Positions 1 through 12,405 of a stretch of DNA of 64,000 nt are shown in pieces. The DNA comes from Geosiphon pyriformis uo1. Taxonomy: Eukaryota > Fungi > Glomeromycota. Positions within the stretch are counted from its first letter, which is position 1, and every line of letters begins with the position of its first letter. The position numbers and the translations under genes are program-made. The notes beneath the pieces were generated by a model. It was given only the letters and a program-made list of their open reading frames with translations, searched no databases and was not told the DNA's origin. The DNA lies in contig JAAOMT010000659.1 of NCBI GenBank assembly GCA_016748015.1, positions 747,222 to 811,221 of the forward strand, read 5' to 3'.

Positions 1-720
1 TACAAATATTTATATAAAATAGTTTGTTTTTAATTTAACTATATATTTAGCTTATAGATATTAGAATTATTTATTGTTTTAAGACACATTATTGTTGTTA
101 TTTTTTTTACTATGTATTGAATTTTTTTGATAATAGTACTAATAATATTTATGTAATTAATCAACTTTAAATAATATGTTTAATTTATAGAGCATAAAAA
201 AAGTTTTAAATGAAATAATTACTTATTGTTAATACAAAATTGGTATTTTTCTAATTAATATAAATAACAACTTTCAAAATAAAACTATAACTTGAAAATA
301 ATAATTAATTATAATCAAAAAACAATATTAGAAAAGATTAAGAATTGTTACAAAAAGTTTAATTGTATACAGCTAAATTATAAATACTTATCAATTAAAA
401 AGTTAATAAATCTATCTGAAAAAAACAATATAATTACTTTAAAACATCTAAATAATAATAAAATTACAAATTATATTATAATAAATCATAAAACAAAACA
501 CAATAACTCTAATAAAAAACAAGAAATATAGAAAGTATTAAGTATTAAGAATGCACTAATTGCTATTACAAATTTTAAACAGTTTATAAAGCTTAAAAAT
601 AGCAAGAAATTTTATAATGTAATTAGTAAACTTACTTATATTAAATATATACTTTATAAAAGAATACAAAATAAACAAAAACAAATAACTCTTACAAGTT
701 TCTTTAATATTGTATGAACT
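1..720 (+). pseudogene. Heavily decayed pogo/Tigger-like (DDE_1) transposase, C-terminal half
   Basis: Reversing C>T/G>A at 45-107 (atttagcttatagatattagaattatttattgttttaagacacattattgttgt) gives IQPMDAGIIYCFKAHYRR, a DDE_1 motif. Ends in a KQKQITLTSF-type terminus near 675-705. Many stops. Confidence 0.5.
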
Positions 721-1891
721 ATTTAAAAAATTTTATAAGAATATGCAAATAAATTTATTTTTTAATAATATTATATCAATTTTTATTATATGTATATTAT
801 ATATACTTAAATTTAAAAAAACTTATAATTTGTAATAATTTATAGCAATTTGTATTTATCAAAAATATGAATTATTTTAAATTTAACTGTAATTATTTTT
901 ATTTTTATTTACAATATAAATCAAAACTTAGATAATTAACAAATACAATTATTAAAAAAATATATTTTAAAATATAATATTATTTTTATAAAATTATTAA
1001 TAATTTTAATATAAATATATAAATTTGATTATATAAAAATTATTATTATATATTTTATTTATTTTAAAAAAAAATTTTTTTGTATTAAGTTAAGATTTTA
1101 AAATTAACAAAAATAAAGAAATAAGTAAATTTTAATATTAATTTACAATTAAAATTTACCTAATTATTATATAAGTAAAAAATTATTTAAATATTAAATA
1201 TAATTAAAATATTTAATTAAATATATATAAAAATTTATATTTTATTTTTTTCTAATATTATTATAAATTTTTTATAATTAGTATATGTTTTTTAAATTAT
1301 TAAATAACTAATTCAAATTTTATTTATTATTAATATTTACATATTAAATAAATAAATTAAATTGTATAATAATTAAAAATATTAACAATTATTAATTAAT
1401 ATTAACTATTATTTAACTAATATTTTACAAAACAGTTTTATTTAAAAAAAAATTTAAAAGTATTTTTTAATTTTATTTTAGTATTATTAATAATATTATT
1501 AACATTATTATTAATTTTAACTATATATTTTTTTATAATAAAAGTCATAATAAATCTTATTTTTTTTAAAAAAATATTATTACTTATAGCTATTTTGTTA
1601 ATAATAAAATTTGGTAAAATATTAGAGCTCTATTTAATTATTGTTTAAATTTTATGCAATTATTTAATAAAACTTAAAAAAAATATTATATGTATTATTA
1701 ATATTTAAATTATATTTATAATATTAATAAATCTTTTTTTTTTAAGTTTTTTATTAATTTATTTGTACTAATTATAGATATTATTTATATATGTTTTTAA
1801 AATTATAAGGAAAAAACTTCTTTCTCTCTTTCGTCCCAAATTCTTAAAAAAGAGTTAAAAAGTTTTTGAAAGAAGTTTTTTACAATTCAGT

Positions 1892-3747
1892 ATAATAAAT
1901 CTAAACTCTTTATTCTTGACTATGAGGCTACTGTTGGCTGTAGTATTGCTATTATGAAGAAGACTATTAAAGTTTTTGGTTTTAGTGATGGCTTCAGACC
2001 TGTTTTTTCAAGAAAAAAGAGAAGGAGTGGTGTTTTAGAAGAAGGTTTTGGTGATGGAAATGTTGGTTCTAAGGTTCAAAATAGTCGCTTATAGGATTCA
2101 AAGACTGGTGACACCACTGAGTTTAATAGTATTGATATGAAAGAGGAATGTTTAGTAGAAGAGACCAGTTTTGATTATAGTGAAGATGGTGCTCTCACTG
2201 GAGGGGATTCTAATCAGACACTTACTGGTTCAAAAGTTAAAACCAAAAAAACATTAAGCAAGCCATTGAGTAAAATTAATTTTTCATTGAGTAACATTGA
2301 TGATGATATTCTCTTGGATGCTCTATTGAAACTCCCTCCACCTTTCAAGAATCTGGTCAACATTTCTGTTCGCAAATTTTTTGCTTTGGATATTGGGTTG
2401 AACAATGTAATTAAGAAATCTTCTCAGGAGAAGCTTGCAGTAGTCAGGAAGTTGTTTTCAAAAATCAATGGTTTTGGGAGGGCCTTTACCTCCTCAAAAT
2501 TTGCTGGAATCATCAAAGCATTGTTTACTTTCAAATTAAACTTGGCACAAGCTTCCAAAAAGACTGAAGAAGCAAAAATTTTGGTAAATACCAATCTCAA
2601 AAAATCTTCTGGATGTTCAAATTGGGCTGTGGTATTGAAAAAAATTCCAGTGAGAACATCTGTTGAGGCTGTGCAAGCTGTAGTGTCTGAGTTTGGAAAG
2701 ATTAAGGCAATCAAAATGCAATTGGTGAGTTTGTGGCAAAAGGTGATCATCAAGTTAGATAATTAAAATCAAGCTGATCTTTTGGCTTCTAAGTGGTTTA
2801 TTCTTATTAGGAAAGATGCAGTGCATATGGTCAAGACTGACATTGACAAACAAATGTGGGATGCCAGAGATATTCACAGAGCATTGCTCTATACTCTCTC
2901 TATGAAAATAACTGCTCATGACCTGTGAGACTTCATTGGTTCTATGGGTGAAAAAACCTGTGTCATTGATTGCAATTCTGTTAATTATACTTGCACTTAT
3001 TGTGCCACAATGTGTTTCAAATTTGAGTCAGATTTGGCTAATATGATTGCTGTAACACCTGTTATAAAGGAAGTCAGTTTCCATTGGTCTTGTCTTTTGT
3101 TGGCTTTGTGTTCAGTATGTAAGAATTCTGGTTATATGTCTCTTACTTGTAAGTCAGTTAAAGTTGGAACAATTCTCAGAGGCAGGAAAGCCCTCCTTTC
3201 AGCCCAAAACCAGTTCAGATTTGCAAAAATTTATGAAAAAAAGTCAGCACCTATCTCTTGTTTTCTGGCTTTCAATGGAAAAACTTGGGCATCAGTAATT
3301 AGTGCTCCTCCTATGAGTTCTCTTCATGGTATCCACTTCTCTTTTGGTTTTATTGATGATGATAAACCTCTCTCTTTTGGTGTGAATAATTTGGAAAAAT
3401 GATTGGTTAATATTAAAAGCAGTCTTACCAGTCTTGTAGAACATATTGGTAAGTTGGCTAAAAAGTTGGACTCTCTCATACCAACAGTTTTCCAGCCTAG
3501 TTCTGAATGTCAGCTGCCGGTGACCTCTTCTTTACAGAATCTGGAGGGTGATATAGTAATGAAAGTGGGCTCAAGTGAGACCACTAGTGGTGAAACTGCT
3601 ATGGTTTTGGATTCATCTGTGTCTCCTCATATGATCAGGTTAGAAAATATGCTGGAAGGCCTTTCTGCTTCTGTTCTGAGTCTGTCTGCCTAATTTGATG
3701 GTCTGGTTTTGGCTGGTAATGTGCTTCTCCAATTCTCTTCTCAATGA
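1892..3747 (+). pseudogene. LINE ORF1 (RRM-like region plus decayed CCHC knuckle CSVCKNSGYMSLTC)
   Basis: Collinear ORF fragments 2137-2766, 2944-3402 and 3403-3693, homologous to 55838-57454(-). Stop overlaps the ORF2 ATG (ATGA, 3744-3747). Confidence 0.8.
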
Positions 3748-6700
3748 ACATTCTAGTTTGGAAAGTTGCAACTTGCAACATTAGAGAAATAAACAATTCT
3801 GCAAAACAAGATAATATTATTCGTTGACATAAGGACATAGGCAACTTAATTTCTATTTTTACGGAATCAAAACTAAAGAGAAATATTTGCCCATGAATTG
3901 CTAATAGGTTTAATGGTGTTTGGGTCTTCACTTCTGGTTTAGAATCTGGTTATTTGGATGTTGGTGTTATTGTCATTATGGATTCTTCTTTGGCAAGACA
4001 TGTGAACAGAGTTTTTGAGATGTCTGGTCAGCTTCTCTCCATTAAACTGCTTTTCAAGGATAAAATTTTGGTGTCAATTTTGGGACTTTACACTGGTGCT
4101 TCCTCAGTGGTTTGGTTCTTTCAGACTGGTAAGATCAACTCTTTTATTGTAAAAGCTGCAAATGAATCATCTTTTGTCATTCTCAGTAGTGATTTCAATG
4201 AAAACAGCTCTCATAAGTGTGTGAGTTTCAAAAGATGTGCTGATTTGGGACTTGTTAATTCTTTGGTTGGTAGCCTGGCCATCAAAAAACCTACTTAGAC
4301 AAACTCTAAGGAATTCATAAAGACTATTGACTTCATATTTGTCTCTCCGAATCTGGTTAATGCAATAGTGCACCAAGAGGTTTTGGAAGTTGGTAAGTAT
4401 TTTAACACAGATTACAAGACAGTTTTTATGTCTGTAGGTCTCGATAGCCTTTTAGACACACAGTTAAACTCTCTTTACAAACAGGCAAATAAGGATTNNN
4501 NNNNNNNNNNNNNNNNNAAAACCAAAAAAACATTAAGCAAGCCATTGAGTAAAATTAATTTTTCATTGAGTAACATTGATGATGATATTCTCTTGGATGC
4601 TCTATTGAAACTCCCTCCACCTTTCAAGAATCTGGTCAACATTTCTGTTCGCAAATTTTTTGCTTTGGATATTGGGTTGAACAATGTAATTAAGAAATCT
4701 TCTCAGGAGAAGCTTGCAGTAGTCAGGAAGTTGTTTTCAAAAATCAATGGTTTTGGGAGGGCCTTTACCTCCTCAAAATTTGCTGGAATCATCAAAGCAT
4801 TGTTTACTTTCAAATTAAACTTGGCACAAGCTTCCAAAAAGACTGAAGAAGCAAAAATTTTGGTAAATACCAATCTCAAAAAATCTTCTGGATGTTCAAA
4901 TTGGGCTGTGGTATTGAAAAAAATTCCAGTGAGAACATCTGTTGAGGCTGTGCAAGCTGTAGTGTCTGAGTTTGGAAAGATTAAGGCAATCAAAATGCAA
5001 TTGGTGAGTTTGTGGCAAAAGGTGATCATCAAGTTAGATAATTAAAATCAAGCTGATCTTTTGGCTTCTAAGTGGTTTATTCTTATTAGGAAAGATGCAG
5101 TGCATATGGTCAAGACTGACATTGACAAACAAATGTGGGATGCCAGAGATATTCACAGAGCATTGCTCTATACTCTCTCTATGAAAATAACTGCTCATGA
5201 CCTGTGAGACTTCATTGGTTCTATGGGTGAAAAAACCTGTGTCATTGATTGCAATTCTGTTAATTATACTTGCACTTATTGTGCCACAATGTGTTTCAAA
5301 TTTGAGTCAGATTTGGCTAATATGATTGCTGTAACACCTGTTATAAAGGAAGTCAGTTTCCATTGGTCTTGTCTTTTGTTGGCTTTGTGTTCAGTATGTA
5401 AGAATTCTGGTTATATGTCTCTTACTTGTAAGTCAGTTAAAGTTGGAACAATTCTCAGAGGCAGGAAAGCCCTCCTTTCAGCCCAAAACCAGTTCAGATT
5501 TGCAAAAATTTATGAAAAAAAGTCAGCACCTATCTCTTGTTTTCTGGCTTTCAATGGAAAAACTTGGGCATCAGTAATTAGTGCTCCTCCTATGAGTTCT
5601 CTTCATGGTATCCACTTCTCTTTTGGTTTTATTGATGATGATAAACCTCTCTCTTTTGGTGTGAATAATTTGGAAAAATGATTGGTTAATATTAAAAGCA
5701 GTCTTACCAGTCTTGTAGAACATATTGGTAAGTTGGCTAAAAAGTTGGACTCTCTCATACCAACAGTTTTCCAGCCTAGTTCTGAATGTCAGCTGCCGGT
5801 GACCTCTTCTTTACAGAATCTGGAGGGTGATATAGTAATGAAAGTGGGCTCAAGTGAGACCACTAGTGGTGAAACTGCTATGGTTTTGGATTCATCTGTG
5901 TCTCCTCATATGATCAGGTTAGAAAATATGCTGGAAGGCCTTTCTGCTTCTGTTCTGAGTCTGTCTGCCTAATTTGATGGTCTGGTTTTGGCTGGTAATG
6001 TGCTTCTCCAATTCTCTTCTCAATGAACATTCTAGTTTGGAAAGTTGCAACTTGCAACATTAGAGAAATAAACAATTCTGCAAAACAAGATAATATTATT
6101 CGTTGACATAAGGACATAGGCAACTTAATTTCTATTTTTACGGAATCAAAACTAAAGAGAAATATTTGCCCATGAATTGCTAATAGGTTTAATGGTGTTT
6201 GGGTCTTCACTTCTGGTTTAGAATCTGGTTATTTGGATGTTGGTGTTATTGTCATTATGGATTCTTCTTTGGCAAGACATGTGAACAGAGTTTTTGAGAT
6301 GTCTGGTCAGCTTCTCTCCATTAAACTGCTTTTCAAGGATAAAATTTTGGTGTCAATTTTGGGACTTTACACTGGTGCTTCCTCAGTGGTTTGGTTCTTT
6401 CAGACTGGTAAGATCAACTCTTTTATTGTAAAAGCTGCAAATGAATCATCTTTTGTCATTCTCAGTAGTGATTTCAATGAAAACAGCTCTCATAAGTGTG
6501 TGAGTTTCAAAAGATGTGCTGATTTGGGACTTGTTAATTCTTTGGTTGGTAGCCTGGCCATCAAAAAACCTACTTAGACAAACTCTAAGGAATTCATAAA
6601 GACTATTGACTTCATATTTGTCTCTCCGAATCTGGTTAATGCAATAGTGCACCAAGAGGTTTTGGAAGTTGGTAAGTATTTTAACACAGATTACAAGACA

Positions 6701-6776
6701 GTTTTTATGTCTGTAGGTCTCGATAGCCTTTTAGACACACAGTTAAACTCTCTTTACAAACAGGCAAATAAGGATT
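2239..6776. repeat. Exact 2259-bp duplication (2239-4497 = 4518-6776) around the N gap at 4498-4517; assembly overlap artefact
   Basis: Identical ORFs offset by 2279 bp and abutting the gap. No divergence, whereas all real repeats here are mutated. Confidence 0.9.
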
Positions 6777-9700
6777 AGTGGAAGTTCAATTTCAAGAATG
6801 TTGGTAAAGATAAGTAAAATAATTTCAAGAATGCCACAATGGCCAATGTGGCGATGTTTTCAAATAAGTTTGCTGCAGCTTCAAGGTTCTCAGATTTGGA
6901 TACAATATGGGATGTTATTCGTAAAGTTATAATGTTTTTGGCTAATGAAATATTCAAAAAAAAATGATTTAAGGACAATGATTACATCTTCACCAAAGGG
7001 TCTTCGAGATTTTACAGATTGGAACTTTTAGTTTTGAAAATTGTTAGGGCTTTTCATGGAGGTGGTGTTGATAATTTTGTTTCTCTTATAGAATGCTGGT
7101 GTTCTTTGAACAGTGTTGAAGCTTTGGTTGTTCAGGATTTGATAGACTCTAGTGTGTTTTTTGATTGTGTTTGTTCTGTCCTTTCTGGTGCTAGAAAATC
7201 TTATTGTGCTTTGAAGCTGGCAGAATCTCTGAGAGCTAAAGAGGCAAACATTAAATCCACTATTGACAAAAAAATGGAGAGCTTTGAAATGGATAAAGGT
7301 TATACTATTAAAAGTGTGTTGAAGTGCCCTTTTTGCAAGGTGGTGCTTGACCATTTGGTTGTTGATAATGAGCTGGTTTTGGAGTCTAGTTTGGTTAAGT
7401 TTAAAGTTAATACAATTATAAAAAATTAAACCCAAAAGTGTTAGACAGTTCCTGATGTTTTTGATAATTGGTGTCATTAGTATCAGCCTTTGAGACATGT
7501 TTTTGATGGAGCTTTTTCTGGTGTGATGTGTTTAATTGATTTTGATGAATTTTTTGGGGTGGTTTCTAATCTGCCTAATGGCAAAGCTGTTGGTCTTTCA
7601 AATATCTTGAATGAGCTTTGAAAACATTGTGATAAATCTATTCTAAACATGCTCTTGGTGCTTCTAAATTGTTGTTTGTCTGATGAATCTGTTTCTAATC
7701 CTTGGAAAAAAGCCTGGGTCTTAATAATTCCCAAACCATATGAGTGAAAAAGTGTTTTAATGAATACTTACCCTATTATATTGATTGAGACAGCTTGCAA
7801 AATTCTCTCCAAGATCCTCTCTGATAGAATCTCCTCAGCTTGTAGTACTTTTGATGTTCTTTATGAAGACAATTTTTCAGTTTTGAAGGGTACAATGACT
7901 CAGTTTCCTATTTTTGCAATTGAGTTGGTCATTAAGGATGCTTTAGAGAAAGACCAGGAGCTCTGGCTGGTCTTGTAGGACATGTGGAAAGCATATGATT
8001 CAGTTGGCTGGAATCATCTTAAGAAAAGTTTGGTCAGAATTAAAATGTGTAACAGGTTCATTTGATTTTTTGGTAATATTCATAGGGGTCATACCAACCG
8101 AGTCATGACAGATTTTGGTTTAACAAATAGTTATTATGTACATAATGGTTTGGACCAAGGAGAAGTTTTTTCTTCCCTTCTGTGACATGTGTTTTATAAT
8201 TCTCTGTTGTGTGAAGTCAAGTGTCATAAAAGTGTATATGGATACAGGATCAATTCTTATTTTATTTTCAAGAGTGGTCACATTAAATCTTGGGCTGGAT
8301 TTTTCTCCTTTTTTGCTGCTGGTGCTTTTGTTGATAATACAATTTGGGTTGGTAGCAGTCAGAATGCTACTCAACACATTTTTAACGTTGCTAGTGAATT
8401 TTTCCGAATTAATGACATTTTTATTAATAATGAAAAGATGGTGGCCATTCTCATCAATAGTGAAATTAGCAATCTTTCTCTTTTTATCAATGGTTCTCCT
8501 ATTACTATTGCCAGAAAAGGGGAATTTCATTGGTATTTGGATATTTTTCTTTTGACTGAGAGTTTTTTAAAGCCTAGTTTGGCTAAAATGCATTTGGATG
8601 TTCGATTTTTTACCAATCTGGTCCTAAGAAAAGCTGTGTTGGATAAGCAGTTCTTATATTTAGTGTCAGTGGTTCTTCACTCTATTGTCAGCTACAGAAT
8701 GCAGTTTAGTTTTGTTTCTATTGGTGTGTACAACAAATGGGATGCTCTAATTCATAAAAGCTTAAAGCTTAAGTCTGGTTTGCCACTTGACTTTCCTTGT
8801 GATACCATTCATCACTCTTTTTTTTATGGTTTGAAATCTTTTTTGCAAATTCAGTCTGAAAGTAAGATTGCTTTACTTGTTAGCTTTGTAAACTCTGGTA
8901 GAATTTTGGATTGCTTATTTTCTTACCAGTTTCATGACCTACAAATTCAGTATTGGCACTCTGTTCATCCATTGGTCTCTTCTGTTTGTACTTGTGTCAG
9001 TGCTTCTAATAATTTTCTGACAGACATGGTTCGTATTTTTCTTGATTGCAATTTGTCTCTGAGTGGCCCCATGGCCAGTTTTTTTCAGTTCTATGATGGA
9101 ATGCCCATGTCTGCTGTTCTAAGTGAATCAAAGTTTATTAAATTTCTTTTTTTTCTCTAGTGGTATGATATTGCATTTGTGGAGCAACTTTGTGATCATC
9201 ATGGTGTTGTCTTTGATTGGTACATCTTTAAGCAGTGGAAAAGATTGGACCCTATGGCTCTGTTCCAGAATGGTTTAAGTTGTCTGCTGCATTTTTCAAT
9301 GATGTAACTTTCTCTCCAACTCATTCTACAGCTTTGTGTAATATTAGTTCTTTAAACATTCTTAAATCCAGTAACTTTGTGTCTATTTGCAATCATTTTT
9401 TACAAGTTGATACTAGCATTTTATCTGTATACACTGACAGATTCTTGAAGAACTTAAAAACAGTCAACTGTCAAGTCAGTGCTGCAGCTTTTTTTGAGGA
9501 CATTGGTTTGAGTTTGGGTGTTGATGTATCAGGTTTGATGTCTTCTACTCTGGCAAAATTGTAGGCTATTGTGCTAGCTCTGGAGTGTGTTCTCTTGTCT
9601 AGTTCTGTTTGCTTGTTTTTGGACAGTCAATCTGCTTTGGATGCTTACAAGTTGGAATTGGGTCTGGCATGTCCTGACTTTCGTAATCAGTGTTGAATTG

Positions 9701-10710
9701 AGCATTAATATATTTTTAATGTTATTTATAGTAAGAATTTGAGGGTCAGTTGGCACAAAGTGAAAGGTCACTCTGGTGTTTTGGGGAATGAGTGTGTCAA
9801 TGTGATTGCTGGTATTACTTCTCTTTTGGATTGGTGTCTTTCTCCTTGCATAGATGAACATTTTATTGTGGCTAATGATAATATAGTTTCTGACAATTCT
9901 AAACATTTTGTTCATGATATTTTTTGTTCTGTTTGTTATGCACATTGGAAGGTTGGTTCTGGTTGTAAGTTTTTGAAGAACAGTTTGCTTTCTGAGATTG
10001 ACTGGATTCACTTTTCATTGGTGTGGCATCCTGATTTGCACATGGCTACTGGTTTTACTAGCAGACCCTTAGCCAATACACATACATACTTTATAAAGAC
10101 TTTGTATCATCACTTGCCTATGGTCATTTAGAAGTGCTTTTATAGTAAATTTTATCCTAGTGTATTGTGTTTATATTGTAGTGAAGTAGAGGTGTTAAAT
10201 CATGTGTTTTCTTATAGGGTTGACAAGTCTGCCCGCCATTGGTTATTGGACTCCTACATAGATTCTTGGAGAACACTTTCTGATTTTACTTATGCTTTTT
10301 TATGTGTGTTGCAGCTGTTGTTATTTTGCACTTCTGGTTCCTCTGTGTCTATGGCTCTCTTCAAGAGTTTTGTTTTTGATGATTGGTTCTGAGAAACTGT
10401 CTCCGTTTTCTATGATTCCAAGATGGCTGGATTGGAAATTGTTAAGTTTGTGTACTCTCTTAGTTTAGCTTTTAGTGATGATATATAGTTGGTTTGTGCT
10501 AAGCACCATGCCTATATGGAAAAGCATGGTTTGATTCCTCCTGATGGTTTGGTTATCATCTTGGTTTTTGGTTTGTCTTCAGGGTTTTCTGCTGGTATGG
10601 TAAAACTGCTTGTTATAGCTAATGCTTTTAGTATATGTTTTGGTTTTTGCAAATCTTGTTCATTTTTCTTAAGTCTTAGTGGTTTAATCTTAGTTTACAT
10701 AGCTGCATAG
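6023..10710 (+). pseudogene. LINE ORF2 (AP endonuclease, reverse transcriptase, RNase H, C-terminal zinc knuckle), disrupted by stops
   Basis: Fragments 6233-6577, 7019-7429, 7760-7978, 8189-9160, 9235-9564, 9739-10131, 10165-10392 and 10489-10710 carry the motifs in canonical order. Confidence 0.9.
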
Positions 10711-10823
10711 TATTGTTCTGATCAGCTCAAGTGGTTGGTTACGTGTAGAAAATGCATGATTCACACCTAGTTTAAATCATTTCTTTGATGTATAGTACTA
10801 GGCTGTGTTTGGATCTTACTCAT

Positions 10824-11711
10824 TGTTACAGGTGATTCTTTGGGGTGTTGAGTGAATAACAAACCCATAATTTGGTGCTCAAAGTGATTAGTGATGATAA
10901 TAATCTGAAGATATTTTATCTGAAAGTTTTCCAATTGAGTTCTTTGTATAATAGACAGTGATTCAATAGTAACAGTCTATCAGTAGTTTCTTGAAACCAT
11001 AGTTTCATTGATTGCTTGCTCAGCTTGATGGTTGATGATTCTCCTGGTACAATATCCTCCGTAAGTGTATACCAATGCTGTTTCTTGACGTTAGTTCCTC
11101 TGTAAGTCTTCTAAGAGTAAGTATTGTTTAAGCAAGTTTATTCCTCTGTAAGTCCTCCAAAAATAAGTATTGTTAAGTAAGTTTTATTCCTCCATAAGTC
11201 CTCCAAGAGTAATTTTTTTAATCAAGTTAGTAGACAACAAAGAAAATATGAAAAGATAAAAGAAAATAAATAAAAGATGAAATAAGCCAAGGCAATTTGC
11301 AAGTTAGTATCCCATCAATAGCCATGATCAAGAGCTATTGTTCCAGTGTGGTTAGATATGGATTATTATCAACATGAGATGTTGATAATGGAAATAAGTT
11401 TTGTAGTATGGAATAATTATTTATTGAGGATTGTGTTTCAAGACTAAGGATTCTGTTATATCTCTTTTTTTCTGTTCTAATGCTACTGCTATATATACAT
11501 ATTTGAGATTCCTTAATTTCTCAATTCCTTGCAACAGGAATTTTGGAATTCCTGGAATCTTGCAATTTCTGATGAGAGGAATCCTAAAATTCCTGGAATC
11601 CTGCAATTCCTCTAAGAGGAATCCTGGAATTTCACATTTACTATGTCTACATCTGATTGGCTAATATCTACTGACTAATAATACTATATTTTCTATATTA
11701 TATGAGTAACA
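10824..11711 (-). repeat. 3' LTR of Gypsy A1
   Basis: Direct repeat of 20133-21021, with PPT adjacent at 11712-11726. Confidence 0.95.
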
Positions 11712-11724
11712 TTATTCCCTCCTT

Positions 11725-12351
11725 TTAATATTGAGTTCCGTCAAAATCTAATTCTTTTAATTCCCCTTCTTGAATTATTTCTTGAACTTTTTTTTCGAGT
11801 ATTACTTGTGTTATTTTAGTTTGTAGTTCTTCAAATTGGGCATTAGTCATTTTTCCCAATTGATTACTTGTAATTGTATCCATTGTTGTGTTGAATAAGA
11901 TTTCTGGTCAGTCTTGAAATCTCATATATAGCCAATAAATGGCTTGAGCTTGTGTGGTTAGATTGTTCTTTTCCACAAATTGTTCCAGTTGTCTCAGTAT
12001 TGTTGTGTTAAATAACTGTTTTGTTTTGTCAGTGTACAAATTCTGGATATTTATGTGTTGTCCTAAGTAAAAATGACAATAGTTTTTTGGAAATTGTTGT
12101 GTCCACCAAGTCCAAGTTTTTCTGGTAAATTCTTGGTGTAGTCTGACTATTTGTTGTTCTTTTATGGCCAATTTTACCTTGGTCATAATCTTGTCAATGT
12201 TTTCAAGTCTCCTCTGTTCTTTGTGTTGTGGTATCTTTGCCATATTTTTGTACTGAATGGTTTGTTGATTGATTGTAATTTCTATTTCTTGGTGTTAGAT
12301 TAATTGAAAAATTTGTTGTGCTAATGAATGGATGTTGTCAGTAATCTTCAT
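11725..12351 (-). pseudogene. Gypsy A1 ORF3, 208-aa protein of unknown function at the env position (2 internal stops)
   Basis: ATG at 12351 (MKITDNIHSLAQQIFQLI). One frame runs to a TAA overlapping the PPT. Homologous to 23505-24131 and 45410-46012. Confidence 0.75.
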
Positions 12352-12405
12352 TTTTCTGGTATTTTTCATCACATTAACCATATCTTTATATATTCTTTTT
12401 GTTAA

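Larger units (their letters stand above)
1812..10823 (+). mobile_element. Near full-length non-LTR retrotransposon (LINE: ORF1 + APE-RT-RNaseH-CCHC ORF2), degenerate; tail displaced to 21022-21050
   Basis: 5' end matches the copy ending at 57777. APE motifs (ATCN, SDFNE, TIDFIF, TDYK), RT (PIILIE, D..KAYDSV, G..QG, AFVDN), RNase H (VYTD, WHKVKGHSGVLGNE), CLYC..H knuckle. Confidence 0.93.

Noticed and set aside
2239-6776. Tandem duplication of LINE ORF1-EN as a biological event
   Set aside because: Identical copies abutting an N gap; a scaffolding overlap.
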